Positions 40,130 through 49,158 of a stretch of DNA of 64,000 nucleotides are shown here, in pieces. Both the position numbers and the translations under genes were made by a program. The DNA comes from Candidatus Krumholzibacteriia bacterium (GTDB lineage: Bacteria; Krumholzibacteriota; Krumholzibacteriia; LZORAL124-64-63): contig JANTFX010000006.1 of assembly GCA_024763215.1 (NCBI GenBank), positions 2,439-66,438 of the forward strand. The letters run 5' to 3'. Each line of letters begins with the position of its first letter. The first letter of the stretch is position 1. The notes under the pieces were generated by a model that searched no databases, was not told the DNA's origin, and saw only the letters and a program-made list of their open reading frames with translations.

Positions 40130-42823
40130 ATGTCGCAATCCCGTTCCAGATCCGGCGACCAGGCAGGGCGTGGGCGCACGCCCATGCTGGTCCAGTACCT
40201 CGACCTGAAGGCCAAGCATCCCGGCGCTCTGCTCCTTTTCCGGATGGGTGATTTCTACGAGACCTTTTTCGAAGACGCCCGGATTTTGGCTGATACCACC
40301 GGGGTCACCCTGACCAGCAGGGACGCCCGGAGCGACAACCCCGTGCCCCTGGCCGGTGTGCCCTACCACGCGTTGGATACCTACCTGAAGAAGTTGCTGG
40401 ATGCCGGTCTGACCGTGGCCATCTGCGAGCAGGTGGAGGATCCGGCCACGGCCAAGGGGCTGGTCAAACGGGAAGTGGTGGAGATCATCAGCCCCGGAAC
40501 AGCTACCGGCACGCAACTCATCGATTCCCTGTCCGGCCGTTATTGCCTGGCCTGGAACCACCGCGGCCAGGAGATGGCCGGCTGGGCGCTCCTGGACGCC
40601 ACGACCGGGGATTTTCGCTGCGGCCAGGAGCCCGCCGCTCTGGCCGACCTGGTCCAGCGCCACCCGGTGCGGGAAATCATCGTCGGTGAGGATGTGCCCG
40701 AGGAACAGATCCGAAGCTGGTCGGTGAGCATGCCCGGCATCGTGTTCAACCGCATCAACCCCGCCTGGCTGCATCCCGAATTCGCCCGCCGCACCCTGCT
40801 CGATCATTTCCAGGTGGAAAACCTGGCGCCTTACGGGCTGGAGGGCAGGGGCAAGGAACTGGCCGTGGCCGCCGCGGGCGCCGTGCTGCGGTACCTTGCC
40901 TCCCTCATGCAGAAAAAACCGGTCCAGGTCCTGAACCTAGCCTATGCGCCCGGAGGCCAAGGGCTGGTCCTGGACGAGGAGACCCTGCGCAACCTGGAAG
41001 TCCTGCGGACCTTCCGGGGCGAAAAAGGACCGGGCACACTCGTCCATCATCTGGATGCCACCTGCACGCCCATGGGCCGCCGTCTCCTGGAGATGCGCCT
41101 GGCCTGCCCGGAGACCGACCTGGCCGTGCTGGAGACCTGGCATGGGGGGATCGCCACGCTGCTCGAGAACTTCGCGGCTTTCGAACCGGTGCGCGTGAGG
41201 ATCGACGGCCTCGGCGACCTGGAGCGCAAGGCCGCCCTGGCGGCCGCCGGCAAGATCGGTCCCGCGGGCATGCGTCAGATGGGCGCCGCCCTGGCCACCT
41301 TGATGGAGCTCAGGAACCTGGCCGGCAACGAGGAGGAAATGCCCGCCGTGGCTGCGACGCATCCGCTGCGTGCTTGGCTCCGTCAGTTGCCGGATCTGCA
41401 GGACCTGGCTGATCGGATCCTCAAGACCGTCGCCGAGGACGCGCCGGCCGGGACCAGGAAATCAGGGTTCATCAAGCCGGGAGTCGATCCCGAGCTGGAC
41501 CGGGCCCGCGAGGTGGCTGCCGACAGCAAGGGTATCCTGGCGCGGATGCAGGAAACCCAGAGGCATGAGACGGGCATCCCCACGCTGAAGGTGGGCTTCA
41601 ACAAGGTATTCGGGTACTTCTTCGAGGTCACCAACAAGCACCTGGACCGCGTGCCCGAGCACTACCAGCAGAAGCAGACCCTGGTGGGATCCTGCCGTTA
41701 TCACACCCCCGAGCTCAAGGAGGTCGAGAACGCCATCTTGTCCGCCGAGGACACCATCAGTGTGCGCGAGGGTGAAATTTTCCGCGTGCTGGTGGAGGCG
41801 ACCGGGAGGCGGCAGGCGGCCATCAAGCAGGCCGCCCTGCTGGTGGCGCAGGTGGATCTGATGCTCGGGTTCGCGGCCGTGGCGCGGCGGCACCGGTACT
41901 GCCGGCCCCTGCTGGACGATTCCCTGGAGATGGTGATCCAGGAGGGCAGGCATCCGGTCATCGAGCAGATCCTCGAGCAGGACTTCATCCCCAACGACAC
42001 CCTGCTGGACGGCGACCGGAACCAGATCCTGTTGCTCACGGGCCCCAATATGGGCGGCAAGTCCACCTACCTGCGCCAGGTGGCCCTGATCGCGCTGATG
42101 GCCCAGGCCGGTTCCTTCGTCCCCGCGGCCTCGGCCCGCATCGGCCTGGTGGACAGGATCTTCACCCGGGTCGGAGCCAGCGACAACCTGGCCCGGGGCG
42201 AGTCGACCTTCTACATGGAGATGAGCGAGACCGCCCGCATCCTGCAGAACATGACCCGGCGCAGCCTGGTGATCCTGGACGAGGTCGGCCGGGGCACCTC
42301 GACCTACGACGGGTTGTCCCTGGCCTGGGCCATCACCGAGTTCCTGGGTCATCAACGGGGTCCGCGTCCGCGTTCCATCTTCGCCACGCATTACCACGAG
42401 TTGACCGACCTCGAGCAGGATCTGCCCGGCCTGGTCAACCTGCGGCTGGAGATCAAGGAGTGGCAGGGCCGCATCATCTTCATGCACAAGGTGGGCCCCG
42501 GCCGCAGCGACAAGAGCTACGGCATCCACGTGGCCCGGCTGGCCGGCCTGCCGGAATCCGTCCTGAAACGCGCTCAGGAAATCCTGACCTCCCTGACGGT
42601 GGCCGACGCCCGCGACCATCTTTCCCGCCGACCGGACCCTGGCCCCGACCAGGCCCCTGCCACAGCCGCCGTTGCCCAGAGCCAGTTGACCCTGTTCCAG
42701 GAGGGGGAGAGGGACGCCCTGGAGGCCCTGCGGGGCATGGATCTGGAAAAGCTCAGCCCCCTGGAGGCGTTCATGATGCTGGTCCGGATCAAGGAGCAAC
42801 TGGACGGCGGCGGCCGGAAATAG
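40130..42823 (+). CDS. mutS: DNA mismatch repair protein MutS
   Basis: TPML.QY, FRMGDFYETF, GPNMGGKSTY, STFYMEM, DEVGRGTST, FATHYHEL, SYGIHVARLAG. Confidence 0.98.
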   Translation: MSQSRSRSGDQAGRGRTPMLVQYLDLKAKHPGALLLFRMGDFYETFFEDARILADTTGVTLTSRDARSDNPVPLAGVPYHALDTYLKKLLDAGLTVAICEQVEDPATAKGLVKREVVEIISPGTATGTQLIDSLSGRYCLAWNHRGQEMAGWALLDATTGDFRCGQEPAALADLVQRHPVREIIVGEDVPEEQIRSWSVSMPGIVFNRINPAWLHPEFARRTLLDHFQVENLAPYGLEGRGKELAVAAAGAVLRYLASLMQKKPVQVLNLAYAPGGQGLVLDEETLRNLEVLRTFRGEKGPGTLVHHLDATCTPMGRRLLEMRLACPETDLAVLETWHGGIATLLENFAAFEPVRVRIDGLGDLERKAALAAAGKIGPAGMRQMGAALATLMELRNLAGNEEEMPAVAATHPLRAWLRQLPDLQDLADRILKTVAEDAPAGTRKSGFIKPGVDPELDRAREVAADSKGILARMQETQRHETGIPTLKVGFNKVFGYFFEVTNKHLDRVPEHYQQKQTLVGSCRYHTPELKEVENAILSAEDTISVREGEIFRVLVEATGRRQAAIKQAALLVAQVDLMLGFAAVARRHRYCRPLLDDSLEMVIQEGRHPVIEQILEQDFIPNDTLLDGDRNQILLLTGPNMGGKSTYLRQVALIALMAQAGSFVPAASARIGLVDRIFTRVGASDNLARGESTFYMEMSETARILQNMTRRSLVILDEVGRGTSTYDGLSLAWAITEFLGHQRGPRPRSIFATHYHELTDLEQDLPGLVNLRLEIKEWQGRIIFMHKVGPGRSDKSYGIHVARLAGLPESVLKRAQEILTSLTVADARDHLSRRPDPGPDQAPATAAVAQSQLTLFQEGERDALEALRGMDLEKLSPLEAFMMLVRIKEQLDGGGRK

Positions 42824-42938
42824 GCGAGAGGCCATTTTCAGGTCAATCGCCCCCGGTAAACGCCGATATTGAGAAGGCAAGAGTTCAACCGCCGGCCTGG
42901 ACGGGGGCGTTCCCCGCTGCCCGGGAAAGGATTCCTAC

Positions 42939-45152
42939 TTGGCCGATATCATCAAATGGCCCGTGATTCTGGCTTGTCCCGGCGAGGACGAGTTGCCGCT
43001 GCTGGCAGCTTTGACCAGCCGGCCCGATGCCCAGGTGGTGGCCGTGGCGGATCCCGACCCGGATAGCCTGGGGGCGGGGCTGGCCGAGGTCATGGGATTG
43101 CCGGTTATCAAGGATCTGGCCGAGGCTGCCCCCGGGGCGGCGCGTTACCTGGTGTATCCCGAATTGAACGCGGCCACGGCCGGCTTCGTCGATCTGGCTG
43201 CCGCCTGCGGTCTCGAGGCCATCAGGACGCGGGAATTCATCCTGGCCCTGGAAGGACCCGGTCCCGAAATTCTCTCGCCAACCACGGAGGCCCCCACACC
43301 ACAATTCGACCAGGAGGCGCTGGAAAAGGAAGCGGCCACCATCCACCGGACCCTCAGCCGTATCGAGGAGGCCCTGGATCGCGAGAACCTGCTGCGCTGG
43401 CTGCTGACCCTGGCCATCAGGGCAACCGGCGCCGAAAGCGGTTCGATCATGCTGCTGGATGTGGCAGCCCAGGAATTGTACGTGGCCTTCGCCGAAGGCC
43501 TGAGCGAGCAGACCATGCTCAAGACCCGGGTCCGCCTGGGCGAAGGCATCGCCGGGAAGGTGGCGCTGACCCGCAAGGCGGAGCTCATCAGCACCGACTG
43601 CCACCCGGGGGTCCGGCGTGATCGGCCTGATCTGGCCGCGGCCGTCTGCGCACCCCTGGTCTGGGACGGCAAGTTGCTCGGGGTCCTCAACCTCTCGACC
43701 ACCGGAGGCACAGGGCCCTTGAACGAGGACGCCCTGGCGGTGGCCAACAGCCTGAGCCACCGCTTCGGCCTCATCCTGGACCGCTTCCTGCGTATCCAGC
43801 GCGTGCATGACGGAGAACTTTTCCGCATCATGGAGGAGGGGCTGCTCAAGGAGAAGCGGGATCCCGAGGCCTTGGCCGCGACCCTCAGCCTGTGGGCGCG
43901 GGACCTGGCCGAGGTCGCCGGAGCGGAGCGGGCCAGCCTGGCGGTCTTGACCGCCGATGGTGATCTTTTCGTATGCGGCCCCGGCGGTTCGCATTACGAA
44001 TCCCCGCCGGATCCGGTCAAGGTCGAGGCCATAACAACCGGCAAGCCAGTGGTGCTGCGGCCGGGGGATCTGGCCGCCACCGACCCCGTGGACACCCTGC
44101 GGGAGCGCACGGTGTTCCATTTGCCGGTGGGGGGCGACCCCGCCCGGGCGCTGTTCACCGTCGAATTCACCAGCGCCGCCAACGCACACAGATTCCGCGC
44201 CATCAGCGGGGACATCCTGATCCTGGTGGGCAGGCATCTGGAGGATTACCTGGAGCAAACCGGCAACGCCGACCAGATCGACCGCTTGACCACCCTGGCG
44301 GCGGCCCTGTCGGACCTGGTGCTGGACCATGAGGATGGGCTTTCGGAACAGAAGGTGCTGGCGGCAGCCCAGCGTTTGACCGGTGCCCGCGGTGCCAGGC
44401 TCATCGAGGGCCCAGCCGGCCTCACTTCGGGCCAGGCTCCTGAACCGGCAGAAGAGATCCTTCAGGCGGGGATCGGCTTGCTGGAACAGGCCGGTCGCCG
44501 GGGATGGGAAAGCACCATCCTGGAGCGGGGGCTGACCTCGGGTACCGGGCCCAGAGCCGTTCTGGCGGTTCCCCTGGGGGCGGGCTCCGCCTTCCCCGGC
44601 ATGCTGCTGTGGGACAAGGATCGGCTACACCCCCTGGACGCGGCCGGGTTCACTGAGATGGACGTCCTATTCGTCCAGCGCCTGCTTCCGGTTCTGCGGC
44701 TGACGCGCGGCAAGCATCCGTCGGGGGCCGGGGCGAAACCTGCCGCGGTCCTGACCGCCCCGGCTCCGCTGTCTCCTCCAGGGGATCTGCATGCGGTCCT
44801 CAAGCGGGAGATGGACCGTTGTGATCGCTACCATACCTGCCTGGGCCTGACGGCCTACCGGGCCGCTCCGGCCGGGGGCCAGGAGGAGCAACCGCTGGCC
44901 TCGGTAGCTGCCGACCTGGTCGCCCACCTGCGCTCCTCGGACCAGGTTTTCGCCCTGGGTCAAGACACCGTCCTGGTCATGGTGCCCGAAGACGTCCAGT
45001 CCCTGCCCCGGCTGCAGAAACGAATCATCAAGGTGCTGCGCAACCTCGCCGGAAAGCCTGAGCTGGAAATCGCCAGTTCCGCTAGGGTCTACCCCGGCAC
45101 CGCCAACAGCCCCGGGGCCCTCGTGGATTCCCTCTTGTCGGCCCTGCCGTGA
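42939..45152 (+). CDS. Multi-GAF sensor with Rossmann-like N-terminus and degenerate GGDEF domain (RxxD retained)
   Basis: N-terminal VVAVADPDPDS.G..LA..MGLP; GAF (GSIMLLD..LGEGIAGKVA..VCAPL...GKLLGVLNL); C-terminal LKREMDRCDRY...LRSSD-QVFAL-GQDTV. Confidence 0.7.
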   Translation: MADIIKWPVILACPGEDELPLLAALTSRPDAQVVAVADPDPDSLGAGLAEVMGLPVIKDLAEAAPGAARYLVYPELNAATAGFVDLAAACGLEAIRTREFILALEGPGPEILSPTTEAPTPQFDQEALEKEAATIHRTLSRIEEALDRENLLRWLLTLAIRATGAESGSIMLLDVAAQELYVAFAEGLSEQTMLKTRVRLGEGIAGKVALTRKAELISTDCHPGVRRDRPDLAAAVCAPLVWDGKLLGVLNLSTTGGTGPLNEDALAVANSLSHRFGLILDRFLRIQRVHDGELFRIMEEGLLKEKRDPEALAATLSLWARDLAEVAGAERASLAVLTADGDLFVCGPGGSHYESPPDPVKVEAITTGKPVVLRPGDLAATDPVDTLRERTVFHLPVGGDPARALFTVEFTSAANAHRFRAISGDILILVGRHLEDYLEQTGNADQIDRLTTLAAALSDLVLDHEDGLSEQKVLAAAQRLTGARGARLIEGPAGLTSGQAPEPAEEILQAGIGLLEQAGRRGWESTILERGLTSGTGPRAVLAVPLGAGSAFPGMLLWDKDRLHPLDAAGFTEMDVLFVQRLLPVLRLTRGKHPSGAGAKPAAVLTAPAPLSPPGDLHAVLKREMDRCDRYHTCLGLTAYRAAPAGGQEEQPLASVAADLVAHLRSSDQVFALGQDTVLVMVPEDVQSLPRLQKRIIKVLRNLAGKPELEIASSARVYPGTANSPGALVDSLLSALP

Positions 45153-45291
45153 TGATTCCCGCCACCTGCAGTTGACGTCGCACCGTCCCCTGGGATAACT
45201 TGCCTGCCTGGGGCGACGCCGCATCCGGCATGATCACGCCTACCCACGGACCGGCAGGAATTATCCAGCTGAAGCCAGCTTGCGAGGAGAT

Positions 45292-47133
45292 ATGGAGCAA
45301 ATCATTCCCGAACCCCCACGTATCCAGCTCCTGGACGGTGCCACCATAGATCGCATCGCCGCCGGTGAGGTGATCGAGCGTCCCGCCTCGGTCGTCAAGG
45401 AGTTGGTGGAGAACGCCCTGGACGCCGGAGCGACCAGCATCACCATCAAGATGGAAGACGGAGGCCTCACGTCCCTGGTGATCGAGGATGACGGGTCCGG
45501 CATCCCCTTCCGGGATCTGCCCCTGGCCTTCGAGCGCCATGCCACCAGCAAGATCACCGCCGCGGCCGACATCATGCACGTGGGCAGCTTCGGTTTCCGC
45601 GGCGAGGCCCTGGCCAGCATCGCCGCCGTCAGCAGGATCCGCTGCGTTTCCCGCTTCATGGGCGAGGACATGGGGGGGATGATCGAGATCGAGGGCGGGG
45701 AGCTCGTGCGCCGTGAACCGGCCCCCCGCAACGCCGGCACGACCATCACCGTGGACGATCTGTTCTACAACACACCCGCCCGGCGCAAATTCATGCGCAC
45801 CGCCCAGGCCGAGCGCCGGGCCATCCTCAAGCTCGTCACCAAGTTCGCCCTGGCCCACCGTGAGGTGCGCTGGCTGGTGCGGCATGACAAGGACGTGCTG
45901 CTGGATCTTCTGCCGGCGCCCTCCCTCACCGATCGCACCCGGGATCTGCTGGGGCCTGCGGTCATCGATCATCTGGCCCGGTTCAGGTTCGAGAAGGGCG
46001 GGTTCAGCATCGGGGGGCTGGCCTCGCGGCCGACCTTCACCCGGGGCAATCGGGAGCATCAGTTCCTGTTCATCAACCGCCGCCCCGTGCAGAACCCGGC
46101 CCTTTCCCAGGCCATTTTCCAGGCCTACCGGGAAGTGATCCCGGCCGGGCGCCATCCTGTCGTCATCGCTTTCCTGGAAATTCCCGCCGGCGAGGTCGAT
46201 GTCAACGTCCACCCCGCCAAGACCGAGGTGCGCCTGCTGCTGGAACGGGAAATTTTCGGCATGCTCAAGAAATCCCTGCAGGAGGGTCTCAGCCTCAGGC
46301 AAGCCGACGAGCTCAGACCGTGGGTCGCGGGGCAGGACGCGCCTGCGGGCACGGGGGCCCCGCTGGCCGGCATCGCCACGGCCCAGGATGACTACCTCAG
46401 GGAGCATTTCCAGCGCGGGGGTTCCGCGGGCTACGAGTACCGCGGTGTGCCGCAGGGGCAGGGGGAGCTGTTCGGCAGCCGGGCCCTGAGGGACGACCCC
46501 GCCCAGCAGACGGGATCCGGCGTGGTCTCGGAGCCGTCCGGGACCGGGGCCGATGCCCTGCACCCGGCGCCCTTCTGGCAGTTGCATCGCACCTACATCG
46601 TCACCCAGATCAGGGGGGGGCTGGTGCTGATCGACCAGCACAACAGCCACGAAAGGATCCTCTACAACGAAGCCCAGAAAGCCCTGGCCGCAGGGGGGCG
46701 CAGGGTCCCGACCCAGCAACTGCTTTTCCCTGCCCATCTGGATCTGACCCCGGGCCAGGTCCAGGCCTGGCAAGGCCACGCCTCCGAACTGGGGGCCATG
46801 GGCTTTACCATCGAGCCGTTCGGCGGGCAGAGCATCCTCGTCCAGGGGTTGCCCGCCAGCGTCAAGAACTGGCACGAGGGGCAGCTCCTGCTGGACATCC
46901 TGGATGACCTCTCATGGGATGAACACCCCAGTCAGGAACATCAGGTCGATCTTCTGGCCAGCTACGCCTGCCATGGCGCCGTCCGCGCCGGTGAACCCCT
47001 GACCGTCCCCGAGATGCAGAACCTCGTCGATCAGCTGTTCGCCACCGACACGCCGCTTTCCTGCCCCCATGGCCGGCCCACCCTCATCCAGTTCTCCCTG
47101 GCGGAGTTGGAGAAGCGGTTTGGGCGCACCTGA
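45292..47133 (+). CDS. mutL: DNA mismatch repair endonuclease MutL
   Basis: IAAGEVIERPASVVKELVENALDAG, HATSK, GFRGEAL, DVNVHPAK, endonuclease motif DQHNSHER, ACH, CPHGRP. Confidence 0.98.
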   Translation: MEQIIPEPPRIQLLDGATIDRIAAGEVIERPASVVKELVENALDAGATSITIKMEDGGLTSLVIEDDGSGIPFRDLPLAFERHATSKITAAADIMHVGSFGFRGEALASIAAVSRIRCVSRFMGEDMGGMIEIEGGELVRREPAPRNAGTTITVDDLFYNTPARRKFMRTAQAERRAILKLVTKFALAHREVRWLVRHDKDVLLDLLPAPSLTDRTRDLLGPAVIDHLARFRFEKGGFSIGGLASRPTFTRGNREHQFLFINRRPVQNPALSQAIFQAYREVIPAGRHPVVIAFLEIPAGEVDVNVHPAKTEVRLLLEREIFGMLKKSLQEGLSLRQADELRPWVAGQDAPAGTGAPLAGIATAQDDYLREHFQRGGSAGYEYRGVPQGQGELFGSRALRDDPAQQTGSGVVSEPSGTGADALHPAPFWQLHRTYIVTQIRGGLVLIDQHNSHERILYNEAQKALAAGGRRVPTQQLLFPAHLDLTPGQVQAWQGHASELGAMGFTIEPFGGQSILVQGLPASVKNWHEGQLLLDILDDLSWDEHPSQEHQVDLLASYACHGAVRAGEPLTVPEMQNLVDQLFATDTPLSCPHGRPTLIQFSLAELEKRFGRT

Positions 47134-48067
47134 GCCACCCGCACCCGGTCGAGGCGGCAGCATCGTCTGCCTCGTGGGACCGACGGGAGTCGGCAAGACG
47201 GGTCTTGTCGCGGCCCTGGCCCGGAAACTGCCCCTGGAGGTCATCAGCCTCGACAGCCGGCAGATCTACAAGGGCCTGCGCATTGGCACTGCCCAACCCA
47301 CGGCACAGGAGAGGGCCCTGTGCCCGCACCACCTGGTGGATTTCGTCCCTGTCGATCAACAGTACGACGCTGCCTGTTACCGCCGCGACTTCGCCCGGGT
47401 CCATGGCGAGATCCTGGCCCGTGGCCACATCCCGGTCCTTGTCGGTGGTGCCGGATTCTACCTCAAGGCCCTGACCGACGGCTTCATGCCCTTGCCACCG
47501 GCTGAGGGGAAGAAGCTGGCCGACATCCGCGGGCTGGTCAACACCATGCCAGCCGAGGTGGTTCGAAGCCGCCTGGCCGAGGTGGACCCGGTCTCCCGGG
47601 CGCGGATCCATCCCCATGATCTTTATCGTCAGAGGAGGGCTCTGGAAATCCATCTCCTGACCGGCCGCAGCATGAGCGACCACATGGCCGCCTGGCGGCC
47701 CGAACCCTGTGCGGGGCTGGCCTACTCCTGCGTGCTCCTGCAGCGGCCGGTCGCCGAACTGGACCACCGGATCCGGCGCCGCCTGCATGGTATGCTGGCC
47801 GGCGGCTGGGTCGAGGAAACGGCCCGGGCCTTGCGGCGATTCGGCCCCGAGGCGCCCGGGCTGCAGAGCATCGGCTATCCGGAAATCATCCGTTTCCTGG
47901 ATGGTGGCACCGGACAGGAAGAGATGGAGGAGGCGATCTACCGCCAGACCCGTCAATATGCCAAGAGGCAGCGCACCTGGTTCAGGAAGCTTCAAATGGT
48001 TCTGGTCGGGCATCCTGATGAGCCGGGTTTCCAGTTGGAAGTGGCGTCTTTGGTCGGGCGTGGTTGA
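47120..48067 (+). CDS. miaA: tRNA dimethylallyltransferase
   Basis: GPTGVGKT, DSRQIYKGLRIGTA, PHHL, VGGAG.Y, SIGY.E, TRQYAKRQRTWF. Probable TTG start at 47120. Confidence 0.94.
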   Translation: MGAPEPPAPGRGGSIVCLVGPTGVGKTGLVAALARKLPLEVISLDSRQIYKGLRIGTAQPTAQERALCPHHLVDFVPVDQQYDAACYRRDFARVHGEILARGHIPVLVGGAGFYLKALTDGFMPLPPAEGKKLADIRGLVNTMPAEVVRSRLAEVDPVSRARIHPHDLYRQRRALEIHLLTGRSMSDHMAAWRPEPCAGLAYSCVLLQRPVAELDHRIRRRLHGMLAGGWVEETARALRRFGPEAPGLQSIGYPEIIRFLDGGTGQEEMEEAIYRQTRQYAKRQRTWFRKLQMVLVGHPDEPGFQLEVASLVGRG

Positions 48068-48186
48068 ATCCACCGTGCACTTATGGCATGCAAAAAGATT
48101 TCAAGAACGCAAAATCATGAAAGTTGTTTAAGAATTTTTCCTGCTTTTTAGCCATGTAAAAAATACGTGAGTGGGAAAATTTGTGT

Positions 48187-48214
48187 TTCACAAAGGTAGC
48201 TGGTGTGTTAAGAT
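48187..48214 (+). promoter_or_regulatory. Putative sigma70 promoter in AT-rich intergenic region
   Basis: TTCACA (48187-92), 16 nt spacer, TAAGAT (48209-14) with extended TG; A/T tracts upstream. Confidence 0.4.
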
Positions 48215-48333
48215 TTTTCTTGTTAAGGGCAATCCGCCAAGGTCGTTTTGTATTGCGTCAAGCTCGACCTCACCAACGGTTTGCATCAAACACTGACCGA
48301 GCTGCAGCTCGCCCCCGCAAGGAGAAACACACC

Positions 48334-48933
48334 ATGAAGAGGACTCTACTGCTCCTGACGGCTATCATGATGGTTGCCACCCTGGCCTCGGCCAACCTGG
48401 ATCCCTCCGCGAATGATCAGATCGGCATGTACTTCGACACCAACGCCGACGTGGTCTGCACCACCGCCAACTTCATCGACCACGTGCCCGCGTACTTCAT
48501 CCTGACCAATCCGACGATGACCTCCACCCGCGGCTTCGAGCTGGGCCTGGACGTCATCGGTCGGACCAACACCTCCGTGACCGTCACCTACCCCGTCAAC
48601 GCCACCGACGTGGGCGCTGCCGGGACCGGCGGGCACACCTACAACTACATCGTGGGTTACGCCAATCCCATGCTGACCCAGCCTGCCACCGTGCTGGCCA
48701 CCCTGGACATCTTCTACCTGGACCAGAATCCCCTGGATTTCATCATCACCCCGGCTGCCCCTTCCTCGGATCCTGCTGGCCTGGTCCCCATGCTCATGCT
48801 GGAGGACTTCAGCCTGGTTCCGGCCAACACCTCCAACGAGCCCGGCCTGCCCGCCGCTCAGATCAATGGCGCCTGCATCGTCGTTGACAACGAGGACGCC
48901 AGCTTCGGCGCCGTCAAGGCCCTGTTCCGGTAG
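48334..48933 (+). CDS. Secreted hypothetical protein (199 aa) with C-terminal SFGAVKALFR motif
   Basis: AAGGAGA Shine-Dalgarno; signal peptide MKRTLLLL...ASA; beta-rich mature region with two Cys; strong C-ending codon bias; own terminator. Confidence 0.85.
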   Translation: MKRTLLLLTAIMMVATLASANLDPSANDQIGMYFDTNADVVCTTANFIDHVPAYFILTNPTMTSTRGFELGLDVIGRTNTSVTVTYPVNATDVGAAGTGGHTYNYIVGYANPMLTQPATVLATLDIFYLDQNPLDFIITPAAPSSDPAGLVPMLMLEDFSLVPANTSNEPGLPAAQINGACIVVDNEDASFGAVKALFR

Positions 48934-48957
48934 GTTCGAAACCAGAACCTGTGCGGT

Positions 48958-48993
48958 AAAGAAACGGCCCCGCTGCGGCGGGGCCGTTTTCTT
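48958..48993. terminator. Bidirectional intrinsic terminator
   Basis: AAACGGCCCCGC-TGCG-GCGGGGCCGTTT perfect 12-bp stem flanked by A and T tracts, between a convergent CDS and tRNA-Gly. Confidence 0.85.
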
Positions 48994-49001
48994 GAATCGT
49001 T

Positions 49002-49077
49002 TGGAGCGGGCTACGAGGCTCGAACTCGCGACCCTCAGCTTGGGAAGCTGATGCTCTACCAACTGAGCTAAGCCCGC
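49002..49077 (-). tRNA. tRNA-Gly(CCC)
   Basis: GCGGGCTTAGCTCAGTTGGTAGAGCA-TCAGC-TT-CCC-AA-GCTGA-GGGTCGCGAGTTCGAGCCTCGTAGCCCGCTCCA, with encoded CCA. Confidence 0.97.
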
Positions 49078-49089
49078 TCCGTGGACGGA

Positions 49090-49118
49090 AAACTAAATGC
49101 CGCCCCCTTTCCTGTCAA
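49090..49118 (-). promoter_or_regulatory. Sigma70 promoter of tRNA-Gly
   Basis: Minus strand: TTGACA (49118-13), 17 nt spacer, TAGTTT (49095-90), 12 nt upstream of the tRNA. Confidence 0.65.
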
Positions 49119-49158
49119 CCGCCTTGCCAAGATGCGCCCCTCATGGTTCCTTGTGGGC

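Noticed and set aside
48083..48100. Sigma54 promoter at TGGCATG
   Set aside because: The -24 element is present but there is no TTGC at the -12 position.
48225..48311. c-di-GMP-I or other known riboswitch in the leader
   Set aside because: It begins GGGCAA but lacks the GNRA-capped stem and the GACGCAAAG-type core; kept only as an unclassified structure.
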